From positions 5,580,001 through 5,644,000 of the forward strand of contig JANJGN010000026.1 in the NCBI GenBank assembly GCA_026770705.1: a stretch of 64,000 nucleotides of DNA, written 5' to 3'. Below the pieces are notes generated by a model that had not been told where the DNA came from, ran no database searches, and saw only the letters and a program-made list of their open reading frames with translations. Each line of letters begins with the position of its first letter. Positions within the stretch are counted from its first letter, which is position 1. Of the stretch, positions 23,680-37,100 are shown one piece after another. The DNA comes from Isurus oxyrinchus (lineage: Eukaryota). The translations under genes were made by a program, and so were the position numbers.

Positions 23680-25089
23680 CCTTGGTTATCATCAGTAAAG
23701 TGTTGGAAGGGGTCATGATAAGGGCTATAAAAAGGCACTACTTTAGCAATTACCCGCTCAATGATGCTCAGTTTCGGTTCCGCCAGTGTCGCTCAGCTCC
23801 TGACCTCATTACAGCCTTGGTTCAAATATGGACAATAGAGCTGAACTCCCGAGGTGATGTGAGGTTGACTGCCCATGACGTTATGGCAACATTTGACTGA
23901 GTATTTCATCAAGGAGCCCAAGCAAAGTTTGAGTCAATGGGATCGGGAGGGTGGAGGGGAGGGGTGGGGGGGGTGGTGGGGGCGGTGGGTGGAATACTTC
24001 ACTGGTTGCAGTCATACCTAGCACAAAGGAAAATGGTTGTCGTTATTGGACGTCAATCATCTCAGTTCCAGGACATCACCGCAGGAGCTCCTCAGGATTC
24101 TGCCTTAGGCCCAACCATCTTCAGCTGCTTCATCAATCACCCTCCTTCAATTGTAAGGTCAGAATTGGGAATGTTCGCTGATGATTGCACAATGTTCAGC
24201 ACCATTCGCGACTCCTCAGATATTAAAGTAGTCCATATGCAAATGCAACAGGGCCTGGACAATATTCAGGCATGAGCTGACGAGTGGTAAGGGACAGTCA
24301 CACCACACAAGTGTGAGGCAATTACCATCTCCAACAAGAGAAAATCTATCTATTTCCCCTTGACGTTCAATGGCATTACCATCGCTGAGTACTGCCCGCA
24401 CCCCCCCCCCCCCACCCCCACCGCCACAACCAGCATCAATACTCTCGAGGTTACCGTTGGCTAGAAACTGAACTGGAGTAGACATATAAATGCTGTGGCT
24501 ACAAGGGCACATCAGGCACTTGGAATCTTATGGTAAGTAACTCACTTCTTCACTCTCCAAAGCCTTCCTACCATCTACAAGGCCCAAGTCAGGAATGTGA
24601 TGGTGTATTCTCCACTTGCCTGGATGAGTGTGCAGCTCTAACAAGGCCCAGGAAGATAAAAAATATGCAGAAAAAAGCAGCCCGCCTGATTGGCAACCCA
24701 GCCACAAACATTCACTCCCTTCACTACCAAAGCACAGCAGCAATGTTTATCATCTTCAAAATGCACTTCAGGAACTCACCAAGGTTCCTTAGACAGCACG
24801 CTGTAAATCCACAACCTCTAGCAAGGGCATCAGATTGATGGGACTGCCACGGCCTGAGAGATCCCCTCAAACCTACTTACTATCCAAACTTGGAAATATA
24901 TCGTTGTTCCTTCACTGTCGTTGGGTCAAATTCCTGGAACTCCCTCCCTAGCCACACTGTAGCCACGGCACAGGAAGTGCAGCGGTTCAAGATGGCTACT
25001 CACCACCATCCTCTCAAGGCAAATTAGGGATGGGCAATAAATGCTGGCCACGCCAGCGACGCACACATGCCATAAATCAACAATAAAAA
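23680..25089 (+). mobile_element. L2/CR1-group LINE, copy 4 (longest; RT domain remnant)
   Basis: IISKVLEGV...DAQFRFRQ...DV.ATFD, LHWLQSYLAQRKMVVVI...GAPQDSALGPTIFSCFIN...MFADDCTMF, broken by stops. 3' tail GGGATGGGCAATAAATGCTGGCC. Confidence 0.92.
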
Positions 25090-25414
25090 TGATTATGGTG
25101 TTATTGTTTTGATTTTATTATTGCTGCAACTGATGCCATTTGGCTACGGTTTCTATGTTATATTGATTTTGAGATTATTTGGCTCTGCTTTTTTTCAAAT
25201 GCCCAAGTCACAAGTATGCCCTGTTCGGTGAAATAGATGAACTTCACTTAAATGATTTCACAATGATGAGGCTCGGCTGTTGGTTTCATTAGAATAAAGT
25301 GTATTGATATAACTAATTAACAAATAATGGAACCAAAAATGATTAAGTCCATAAATTAATGGTGATTAATACTTTATTTTTGAAGGTTAGTCAGCATTTT
25401 TGGTCAAACGTGGT

Positions 25415-25898
25415 TATATGTGTTTTGCGTGTGTGTTACTGTGGGTGTGTGTGATTCTGTTGGTCTGCGTATTTGTGTGTGTCTATGTATGCGTACATTT
25501 GTGTGTGTGTGTTTCTACATGTATATATGTATGTCCGTTTGTGTACGTATATGTGTATTCGTGTGTTTGTATGTATGCGTGTGTGGTTGTGTGTTTCTGT
25601 GTGTGTGTGCATGTGTGTTTGTATTTATTTGTAAATATCTGTGCATAAGTGTGTGTCTGTGTACATTTTTGTTTCTGTGTGTGCGAGTCTATGCATATGT
25701 GTCTATTTGTGTATGCAAGCATATGTGTCCGTGTGTGCATGTGTGTTTGTGTTTGTATGTGCTAATGTGTGTGTTTATCTGTGTATGTGTTTCCGTGTGT
25801 GTGTGCGCGCATGCACGTGTGCTTGTGTGCACGTGCATATGTACGAGCATACGTGCATATCTGTGTTTGTGTGTATAAATGCGTCTGTGTTCGTGTGA
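25415..25898. repeat. Degenerate (TG)n microsatellite
   Basis: Alternating purine-pyrimidine tract of ~480 bp. Confidence 0.9.
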
Positions 25899-26709
25899 TC
25901 CTCATCAGTTTGATTTCCAACAGATAGGTGTATCAATCAAGACTATCAATCTGGAGCAACGTGGGATACATACCAAGGAAAATCACCCTCAACAGTGTCG
26001 CATAAACACATCTGGTTCAGATATGTCACTGAAGAGAGACGGAGTAAAGCTACCTCCACACTTTACCCAGAAAAAGTCCAAGTTCAGGCAGGGCACTGAC
26101 AAAATGCATGGTTCTGGACGGATCAGGAGTCATTATGCCTGAAAATGGGAAACAGATCCAAATTCACTTCGAAATAATGAGACATATCATTTCATGTCAT
26201 TAAAATGCTCTGGCCATGTATCTCACGTTATCTTTATATTTCCCTGGTGTCACTCTCATTTCTCAAATCGATGTGTTATTTGCCTCTTTCGTCCGATGAA
26301 AAGTGAATTCTTGTGCATTCTCCTCACATCTTTCTTCTACCGCCTGTCTCTGGACTGTAGCACAGCACAACATCGGACAGCCAATTTAAGATAATAGGGG
26401 ATTTTTTTGTAGGGCCTACAGGTACTTTGAAACTTCCTTTCAACTCATCCCTGAATGTGGAAACGAGATTCGTAGGTATGGTTCTTTTGCGGCTTGACTG
26501 GAGAGTTACCTGCACTGGAACAGAAAGTAATTTAAAGGAAATACAAGGTTATGTTGAAGCGAAATAACTGTCATTCCTCTTTATGATGCATTAGTATCTA
26601 AAATTACGCCAAGTCACAGGAGCAGTTGGCAGAGTAAGAAGAGAATTAACATAATGATATGGACGAGGGGAATAATATATTATTTGTGGATATAGATGGC
26701 ATCAATAAA

Positions 26710-26889
26710 NNNNNNNNNNNNNNNNNNNNNNNNNNNNNNNNNNNNNNNNNNNNNNNNNNNNNNNNNNNNNNNNNNNNNNNNNNNNNNNNNNNNNNNNNNN
26801 NNNNNNNNNNNNNNNNNNNNNNNNNNNNNNNNNNNNNNNNNNNNNNNNNNNNNNNNNNNNNNNNNNNNNNNNNNNNNNNNNNNNNNNNN
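26710..26889. other. Assembly gap (180 N)
   Basis: Run of N. Confidence 1.
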
Positions 26890-27959
26890 GCTGTCCATCC
26901 ATCTATCAATTCTCTCTGTACTCTGATCCTGAATGTTCCTCCACCTAAAACGTTCAAACTGTTCGTATCCCTACAGCACTGCCTGGCCAATTGTTTCAAG
27001 ATAATTGCGATTTGTGTTGAGCATTTCCGCATTTTATATTTTTATTTCAATTACCTGCTGTGACCACGGGGTGGCGAACCAGCATCCCAGTCTTGTCAAA
27101 ACCTGCTGAGCTGCCGGTTCAAAGGCTTCAGAGGTGACAGCTGGGATTTCAGGAAATACATCGGTGTCCTAAAATCTTGCACGGTAGCTTGTTTAGGGCA
27201 GGAAACTATTGCTAAGTTTAAGTGTCACGTTATGGAAAACTGTGACATTAAAATCTCGGGTACATTGCATTGCATGGCCCAATCTGTTGTCCGTAAAAAG
27301 AAAAAAACATCCTCAATCCAAAATGAATTCTTATCTTCTCATTAATAGACGAACATGAGTGGATGTTATTATAAGCATTGACCACACATTGCAATTTTCT
27401 ATAAAGAACCTGGACTTTCAAATTCCCTCACCGTTAAACAAGACTCAGTCTGATAACATTTCCGGCTAGGAAATAAGCAGTCTTGACTTTTCTGTGTGAA
27501 GGTAATAAAAAGAAAGATAATATTTCTGTTCGATTTCAAATAGCCAGCCTTACACGTGTGAAATATACGCGATTAGCAATCCATTACAGAAGCACACCAC
27601 AGCAAACAACATGGAGGTACAGCCAAAATTTTAAATAGTGCAGGCTTGAAATACACCGGAACCTTTTGCATTTTGCCCTTAGGAATCAGATTCAAGGACG
27701 AAGTATTAGGAAGATTGCAGAATTTGATCAAGAAATTGTATTATAACATTACAACGTGCCAGGCCATTTGGCAATTGTACCTAGTCGGGATCTTTGAAAC
27801 AGCTGCCAAATTAGTCCGGATTCTTACTTTTTCTCCATAACCCTGCAATTCTCCCTTTCAAGCAATTATCCAATTCTCCATTGAAACTCCTGAGTTAAGA
27901 AACAACGTTATGGACAGGTGTGCAGGAGCCTTTGCAGTTTCGATGCAATGTGCTTGATA

Positions 27960-28195
27960 ATTGATGATGTTCCCCTACCCAAAAACAATGGAAGTTCAAT
28001 TCGGGATTCTGAATCGGTTTGAAAAAGTATTATTGTAGAATTGATTCCAAATCGAATTTGATCAATATTTATTCCGATCAAACAAGGCCTTGCTTTACTG
28101 AGTCGTTTCGCATTAACAATGAAATCGGTCAGTTTGGGGCTATATGAGTTGCAGGAAGTTTTGCTACAGTTATACAAAACTGGGTTAGATTACAC
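27960..28195 (+). mobile_element. Decayed CR1-type fragment abutting the satellite
   Basis: Ends with YELQEVLLQLYKT, resembling the CR1 motif EYKSxEVLLQLYKTLVR. Confidence 0.45.
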
Positions 28196-31100
28196 ACACA
28201 GTTCAAAAACTGAAAAAAAAACTCAGTTCGTCTTTATTATAATCATAAACAGAGACAGCTCTGATTGGAGTTCAGAATCAGTCCATTAGTGATAGGACTG
28301 GCTTCAGTCTGTGGGAATTCAAGAGGAGTACAGTGTCAGTCCATCAGGGACAGGGCTGGGCTCTTTGTGTTCGGAATTGATTGGAATTCCGGGTGAGTCT
28401 ATTAGGGACAGGAGTGGTCTCAGTCTGTGAGGAATAAATTGGAGTTCAGGATTAGTCCATTCGGGAGAGTACTTGGGTCAGTCTGTGGGGAATCAGTTGG
28501 AGTTCAGGTCAGTCATTTAGGGGCAAGGCTGGACTCAGTCTGTTGGGAATCAATAGCAGTTCAGTGACAGTCCTTTCGGGATATGACTTCCTCAGTCTTT
28601 TGGAAATGAATTGGAGTTCAAGGTCAGTTTATTGTGGACAGGACTGTGCTCAGACTGTGGGGAATTAGTTGGAGTTCAGGATCAGGCTATTAGGGACAGG
28701 ACTTGGATCAGTATGTGGGCAATGAATTGGAGTTCACAGTTAGTCCATTTGGGAAAGCGATCGGTTCGGTCTGAGCGGAATCAATGGGATTTCAGGGTCA
28801 GTCCATTTGGGACAGCAAAGGGCTCAGTCTGTGGCGAATCAGTTGGTGGTCAGAGTCAGTTCATTAGGGACAGGACAGGGCTCAGCCTGTGAGGAATCAA
28901 TGGGAATTCAGATACCGTCCTTTAGGGACAGGACTGGGCACAGTCTGTGGCGAATTAATTGGAGAACAGAATCAGTCCATTCGGGAGTCAGTCTGTGTGG
29001 AATCAAATGGACTTCTGCGTCAGTCAGTAAGAGACAGATCCGTGCCCAGATTGAGGGGAATCACCCGGAATTCAGGATCCCTACGTAAGGGACAGGAATT
29101 AGCACAGTCTGTGGGTAATAAATTGGAGTTCAGGGTATGTCGATTTGGGACAGGACTTGGCTCAGTCTGTGGGGATTGGATTGGAATTCAGGGTCAGTCC
29201 ATTAGGGACAGGACAGGGCTCAGTCAGAGGGCAATCAATTGGGGTTCATTGTCTGTCCATATGGTACAGGACTGGGCTCAGTATGAGGGGAATCAATTGA
29301 TGTTCAGGGTCAGTCCATTAGGGACAGGACTGGACTCAGCCTGTGAGTTATAAATCAGCGCTCAATGTCATCCCAATAGGCACAGGACTGGGTTCTGTCT
29401 GCGGGCAATCAATGGAAGTTCAGGGTCCTCATTTAGGGACACGATTGGGCGCAGTATGTGGGGAATCAATGGATGTTCAGGGTCAGCAATTTGAGACAGG
29501 AGAGGGAATCGATTGTAGTTCATTTCAATCCATTAGGGACATGACTGGCTTCAAGCTGTGAGGAATCAATTGGAGTCCAGGGTCAGTTCCTTAGGGACAG
29601 GACTTGCATCAGTCCGTGGGGAATCAATTGGAGTTCACGGTGAGTTCATTTGGGGCTGGGCTGGGTTCAGTCTGTGGGGAATCAATAGGAGATCAGAGTC
29701 AGTCCATTAAGTTCAGGAATTGGCTCAGTCTGTTGGAAGGAATTGGAGCTCAGGGTGAATCCATCTGTGAAAACGCTTGGTTCACTCTGAGAGGAATCAT
29801 TGGGAATTAAGTGTCAGTACATTAGGGCCAGGACTACGCTCAGGCTGCGGGGAATCAATTGGAGTTCAGGGTCAGTCCATTTAGGGAAAGGACTGGGCAC
29901 AGTGTGTGGGGAATCAATTATATTCAGTGTGATTCCATTTGGGACAGAGCTGGGCTCAAACTGTGGGGAATCATTCAGTGACAGTCCATTACGTACAGGA
30001 CTGGACCAAGTCTGTAAGGAACTGACTGGAGTTCAGAATCAGTCCATTAGTGATAGGACTGGCTTAAGTGTGTGGGAATTCAGGTGGAGTACAGAGTCTG
30101 TCCATTAGGGACACGTCTGGGCTCGTTCTGTTCGGAATTTATTGGAATTCAGGGTGAGTCCATTAGGGACAGGACTGGTCTCAGTCTGTGAGGAATAAAA
30201 TGGAGTTCAAGATCAGTCCATTAGGGAGAGGACTGGGGTCAGTCTGTGTGGAATCAAATGGAGTTCAGCGTCATTCCATAAGCGACAGCTCCGGCCTCAA
30301 ATTGTGGGGAATCACAGGAGCTCAGTGTCACTGCATTTGGGACAGGAATTAACACAGTCTGTGGGTAATACATTGGAGTTCAGGGTATGTCGATCCGGGA
30401 CAGGAGTTGGCACAGTCTGTGCGGACTCGATTGGAATTCAGGGTCAGTCCATTAGGGACTTGACACAGCTCAGTCACATGGAAATCAATTGGGGTTCAGG
30501 GTCTGTCCATGTGGTACAGGACTGGGCTCAGTCTGTGTGGAATCAATTGAAGTTCAGGGTCAATCCATTAGGGACAGGACTGGACTCAATCTGTGATTTA
30601 AAATCGGAGCTCTATGTCTTCCCAATAGTGACAGGACTGGGTTCTGTCTGCAGGGAATCAATTGGTGTTCAGGGGCAGACATTTGGGACAGGCGAGGTCT
30701 CAGACTATTGGGAATCGATTGGAGTTCATTTTTATCCATTAGGGACATGACATGGCTCAAACTGTGAGGAATCAATGGGAGTTCAGGGTCAGTCCATAAG
30801 CAACAGGTCCGGACTCAGTCTGTGGGGAATCGATTGGAGTTCAGCATCAGCCCATTATTGACAGGGCTGACCTCAGTCTGTGGGTTATCCGTCGGAGTTC
30901 AGTGGCACTAGATTAGGGACAGGAATGGGCTCAGTCTGTGGGTAATAAATTGGAGGTCAAGTTATGTCAATTTGGGACACGACATGGCTCAGTCTGTGGG
31001 GGATCAATTGGAGCTCAGGATCAGTCCAATAGGGACAGGACTGGACTCAGTCTGTGAGAATAATTCGGAGTTCAATGTCATCACAAGAGGGACAGGACTG

Positions 31101-34100
31101 GGCTCAATCTGTGGGGAATCATCTGGAATTCAGGTTCATTTCATTAGGGACTGTACTGGGATCAGTCAGTGTCAGTCCATTAGGGACGTGGCTGGCCTCA
31201 TTCTGTGAGGAATAAATTCGACTTCAGGGTTAGTCCATTTGGGACAGGTTTTGTGCTCAGTCTGTGGAACATCATTTGGGGTTCATGGTCAGTTCATTAG
31301 GTACAGGGCTTGTTTCAATCTGTGGGGAATCAACTGGAGTTCAGGGTCCGTCATCTAGGGGCATGGCTGGACTCAGTCTTTGAGGAATCAATTGTAGTTC
31401 AGAGACAGTCCATTCGGCACATGTCTTGGCTCAGTCTATGGGGAAACATATGGAGTTGAAGATCAGCATATTGTGGACAGGACTGTGCACAGACTCTGGG
31501 GAATCAGTTGGGGTTCAGGGTCATTCATTTAAGGACAGGGCTTTGCTCCGTCTGTGTGGAATCGATTGGAGTCCAGGATCAGTTCCTTAGGGACAGGACT
31601 TGGTCAGTCCGTGGGGAATGAATTTGAGTTCACGGTGAGTTCATTTGGGGCTGGGCTGGGTTCAGATTGTGGGGATCAATAGGAGCTCAGGGTCAGTCAA
31701 TTAGGTTCAGGAATTGTCTCAGTCTGTGGGAATGAATTGGAGCTCAGGGTTAGTCGATTTGGGAAAGCGCTCTGTTCAGTCTGAGGGGAATTCGTGGGAG
31801 TTCAGTGTCAGTCCATTCGGGACAGCAAAGGGCTCAGTCTGTGGCAAATCAGTTGGAATTCAGGGTCAGCCCATTAGGGACAGGACAGTGCTCAGCCTGT
31901 GCTGAATCAATCGGAGTTCACGTTCCGTCCATTAGGGAAAGGACTGCGCTCAGTCTGTGGCTAATGAATTGGAGTTCAGAATCAGGCCATTTAGGGACAG
32001 GACTGGGCTCAGTGTGTGGGGAATCAATTGTATTTTAGTGTGAGTCCATTAGGGACAGGACTGGAACAAGTCTGTAAGGAACTGACTGGAGATCAGAGTC
32101 AGTCCATTAGGGATAGGACTGGCTTCAGTCTATGGGAATTCAAGTGCAGTACAGTGTCAGTCCTTTAGGGACAGGGCTGGGCTCTTTCTGTTCAGAATTG
32201 ATTAGAATTCAGGCTGAGTCAATTAGGGACAGGAGTGGTCTCAGTCTGTGAAGAATATATTGGAGTTCAGGATTAGTCCATTCGGAAGAGTACTTGGGTC
32301 CGTCTGTGGGGAATCAATTGGAGTTCAGGTCAGTCATTTAGGGGCATGGCTGGACTCAGTCTGTGGGGAATCAATATCAGTTCAGAGACAGTCCATTCGG
32401 GACATGACTTGGCTCAGTCTATTGGAAATGAATTGGAGTTCAAGGTCAGTTTATTGTGGACATGACTGTGCTCAGACTGTGTGGAATCAGTTGGAGTTCA
32501 GGATCAGTCCATTCGGGAGTCAGTCTGTGTGGAATCAAATGGACTTCAGCGTCATTCCATAAGAGACAGCTCCGGGCCCAGATTGTGGGGAATCACCCGG
32601 AATTCAGGGTCCCTACGTAAGGGACAGGAATTAGCACAGTCTGTGGGTAATAAATTGGAGTTCAGGGTATGTCGATTTGGGACAGGACTTGGCTCAGTCT
32701 GTTGAGATTCGATTGAAGATCAGGGTCAGTCCATTAGGGACACGACTGAACTCCGCCTGTGAGTTATAAATTGGCGCTCAATGTCATCTCAATAGGGACA
32801 GGCCTGGGTTCTGTCTGTGGGTAATCAATGGGAGTTCAGGGACATCCTTTAGGGATACGACTGGGCTCAGTATGTGGGGAATCAATTGGTGTTCAGGGTC
32901 AGACATTCGGGGCAGGCGAGGACTCAAGTCTGTTGGGAATCGATTGGAGTTCATCTGAATTCATTAGTGACATGGTTGGGCTCAAACTGTGAGGAATCAA
33001 TTGGAGTTCAGGGCCAGTCCTTTAGGGACAGGACTGGGCTGAGGCAGTGGTGAATCTATTGGAGTTCAGCGTAGGTCTATTAGGGGCATTATTGGGCTCA
33101 GGCTGTGGTGAATCCATCGGATTTCTGGGTCAAGTCATTCAGCTACAGGGCTTTGCTCATTCTCTGTGACATCAATTGGAGTTCAGGTTCAGTGCATAAG
33201 CGACAGGTCCGGACTCATTCTGTGGGGAATCGATTGGAGTTCAGCATCAGCCCGTTATTGACAGGGCTGAACTCAGTCTCTGAGTTATCTGTCGGAGTTC
33301 AGGGGCACTACATTAGGGACAGGACTTGGATCAGTCTGTGGGGAAGCAATTGGAGTTCATGGTGAGTTCATTTGGGAAAGGGCTCTATTCTGTCTGAGGG
33401 GAATCAATGGGATTTCTGGGTCAGTCCATTTTGGACAGCAAAGGGCTCAGTCTGTGGGGAATCAGTTGGCGGTCAGGGTCAGCCCATTAGGGACAGGACA
33501 GGGCTCAGCCTGTGAGGAATCAATGGGAGTTCAGGTTCCGTCCAGTAGTGACAGGACTGGTCACAGTCTGTGGCGAATTAATTGGAGATCAGAATCAGGC
33601 CATTAAGGAGAAGACAGCACACAGTCTGTTCAGAATCGATTGCAGTTCATGTTCAGTCCATTTAGGGACAGGACTGGGCTCAGTATGTGGGAATCAAATG
33701 TATTTTAGTGTGAGTCCATTAGATAGAGGACTGGAACAAGTCCGGAGGGACTGACTGGAGTTCAGAGCCAGTCCATTAGGGATAGGACTGGGCTCAGTGT
33801 GTAAGGAATCATTTGGAGTTCAGGGTTAGTCATTTAGGGAAAGGGATTTGCTCCGTCTGTCAGGAATCGATTGGAATCCAGGGTCAGTTGCTTTGGGACA
33901 GGACTTCGATCAGTCCATGTGGAGTCAATTGGAGTTCACGGTGAGTTCATTTGGGGCTGGGCTCTGTTCAGTCTATGGGGCATCCATAGGAGCTCATAGT
34001 CAATCCATTAGTTTCAGTAATTGGCTCAGTCTGTGGGAATGAATTGGAGCTCAGGGTGAGTCCATTTGGGACAGCAAAGGGCTCAGTCTGTGGCGAATCA

Positions 34101-37100
34101 GTTTGCGGTCAGGGTCAGCCCATTAGGGACAGGACGGGGCTCAGCCTGTGAGGAATCAATGGGAGTTCAGGTTCCGTCCAGTAGTGACAGGACTGGGCTC
34201 AGTCTGTGGCGAATTAATTGGAGTTCAGAATCAGGCCATTAGGGAGACGACAGGAATCAGTCTGTTCAGAATCGATTGGAGTTCATGTTCAGTCCATTTA
34301 GGGACAGGACTGGGCTCAGTGTGTGGGGAATCAATTGTATTTTAGTGTGAGTCCATTAGGTACAGGACTGGAACAAAACTGTAAAGCACTGATTGGAGTT
34401 CAGAGTCAGTCCATTAGGGATTGGACTGGCTTCAGTCTATGGGAATTCAAGAGGAGTACACTGTCAGTCCATCAGGGACAGGGCTGGCCTCTTTCTGTTC
34501 GGAATTGATTGGAATTCCGGGTGAGTCCATTGGGGACAGGAGTGGTCTCAGTCTGTGAGGAATAAATTGGAGTTCAGGTTCAGTCCATTCGGGAGAGTAC
34601 TTGGGTCAGTCTTTGTGGAATCAATTGGCGTTCAGGTCAGTCATTTAGGGGCATGGCTGGACTCAGTCTGTGGGGAATCAATAGCAGTTCAGAGACAGTC
34701 CATTCGGGACATGACTTGGCTCAGTCTGTGGGAAATGAATTGGAGTTCAAGGTCAGTTTATTGCGGACAGAACTGTGCTCAGACTGTGGGGAATCAGTTG
34801 GAGTTCAGGGTGAGGCTATTAGGGACAGGACTTGGATCAGTCTGTGGGCAATGATATGGAGTTCACGGTTAGTCCATTTGGGAAAGCGATCGGTTCAGTC
34901 TGAGGGGTATCATAGGGAGTTCAGTGTCAGTACATTAGGGACAGGACTACGCTCAGCCTGTGGGGATCACCTGGAATTAAGGATCATTTCATTAGGGACT
35001 GGACTGGGCTCAGCCTGTGGAACATAAATTGAGCTCAGGTCAAGTTCATTAGGTACAGGGCTTGTTTCAATCTGTGGGGAATCAATTGGAGTTCAGGGTC
35101 CGTTATTTGGGGGTATGGCTGGACTCAGTCTTTGGGGAATCAATTGTAGTTCGGACACAGTGCATTCAGGACATGACTTGGCTCAGTCTATGGGAAACTA
35201 TTTGGAGTTCAAGGTCAGTTTATTGCGGACAGGACTGTGCTCAGACTGTGTGGAATCAGTTGCATTTCAGGGTCAGTCCATTAGGGACAAGACTTGGATC
35301 AGTCTGTGTGGAATGAATTGGTGTTCACGGTGAGTCCATTTGGGACAGCAAAGGGCTCAGTCTGTGGCGAATCAGTTGGAGTTCAGAGTCAGGCCATTAT
35401 GGACAGGACAGGGCTCAGCCTGTGAGGAATCAATGAGAGTTCAGGTTCCGTCCATTAGGGACAGGACTGGGCTCAGTCTTTGGCGAATTAACTGGAGTTC
35501 AGAATCGGGACATTAGGGAGACGACAGGACTCAGTCTGTTCATAATTGATTTGAGTTCATGTACAGTCCATTTAGGGACAGGACTGGGCTCAGCGAGTGG
35601 GTTATCAATTGTATTTTAGTGTGAGTCCATTAGGTACAGGACAAGTCTGTAAGGAACTGACTGGAGATCAGAATCAGTCCATTAGGGATAGGACTGGCTT
35701 CAGTCTATGGACATTCAAGTGGAGTACAGTGTCTTTCCATCAGGCACGGGGCTGGGCTCTTTCTGTTCGGAATTGATTGGAATTCAGGGTGAGTCAAATA
35801 AGGACAGGAGTGGTCTCAGTCTGTGAGCAATAAATTGGAGTTCATGATCAGTCCATTCGGGAGAGTACTTGGGTCAGTCTGTGTGGAATCAAATGGAGTT
35901 CAGCGTCATTCCATAAGAGACAGCTCCAGGCCCAGATTGTGGGGAATCACTCGGAATTCAGGGTCCATACGTAAGGGACAGGAATTAGCACAGTCTGTGG
36001 GTAATAAATTGGAGTTCAGGGTATGTCGATTTGGGACAGGACTTGGCTCAGTCTGTTGGGATTCGATTGAAGATCAGGGTCAGTCCATTAGGGACAGGAC
36101 TGAACTCCGCCTGTGAGTTATAAATTGGCGCTCAATGCCATCCTAATAGGGACAGGCCTGGGTTCTGTCTGTGGGAAATCAATGGGACTTCAGGGACACC
36201 CTTTAGGGACACGACTGGGCTCAGTATGTGGGGAATCAATTGTTGTTCAGGGTCAGACATTAGGGGCAGGCGAGGACTCAAGTCTGTTGGGAATCGATTG
36301 GAGTTCATTTCAATCCATTAGTGACATGGCTGGGCTCAAACTGTGAGGAATCAATTGGAGTTCAGGGCCAGTCCTTTAGGGACAGGACTGGGCTGAGGCA
36401 GTGGTGAATCTATTGGAGCTCAGGGTAGTTCTATTAGGGGCATTATTGGGCTCAGGCTGTGGTGAATCCATCGGATTTCAGGGTCAGTCATTCAGCTACA
36501 GGGCTTTGCTCATTCTCTGGGACCTCAATTGGAGTTCAGGTTCAGTGCATAAGCGACAGGTCCGGACTCATTCTGTGGGGAATCAATGGGAGTTCACGGT
36601 CTGTCTATTAGGGACAGGACTGGGATCAGTCTATGGTGAATCAAACGGAGTTCAGGGTGAGTCATTTAAGTACAGGGCTTTGCTCATTCTCTGAGACATC
36701 AATTGGAGTTCAGGGTCAGTCCATAAGCGACAGGTCTGGACTCATTCTGTGGGGAATCGATTGGAGTTCTGCATCAGCCCGTTATTGACAGGGCCGAACT
36801 CAGTCTCTGAGTTATCCGTCGGAGTTCAGGGGCACTACATTAGGGACAGGACTTGGATCAATCTGTGGGGAAGCAATTGGAGCTCATGGTGAGTCGTTTT
36901 GGGAAAGGGCTCCATTCGGTCTGAGGGGAATCAATGGGATTTCTGGGTCAGTCCATTTGGGACAGCAAAGGGCTCAGTCTGAGGCGAATCAGTTGGAGGT
37001 CAGGGTCAGCCCATTAGGGACAGGATAGGGCTCAGCCTGTGAGGGATCAATGGGAGTTCAGATTCCGTCGAGTAGTGACAGGACTGGGCACAGTCTGTGG

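Noticed and set aside
23940-24430. G-tract and C-tract ~430 bp apart as an inverted repeat
   Set aside because: Low-complexity expansions inside a LINE; the complementarity is only compositional.
25400-25898. Cys/Val-rich and His/Thr-rich ORFs (also 48676-49463, 55195-55843, 57766-57976)
   Set aside because: Microsatellite and minisatellite translations.
29898-29904. CACAGTG RSS heptamer in the satellite (also ~39598)
   Set aside because: A variant of the monomer's CTCAGTC. No nonamer at 12/23 spacing and no adjacent V/J segment.
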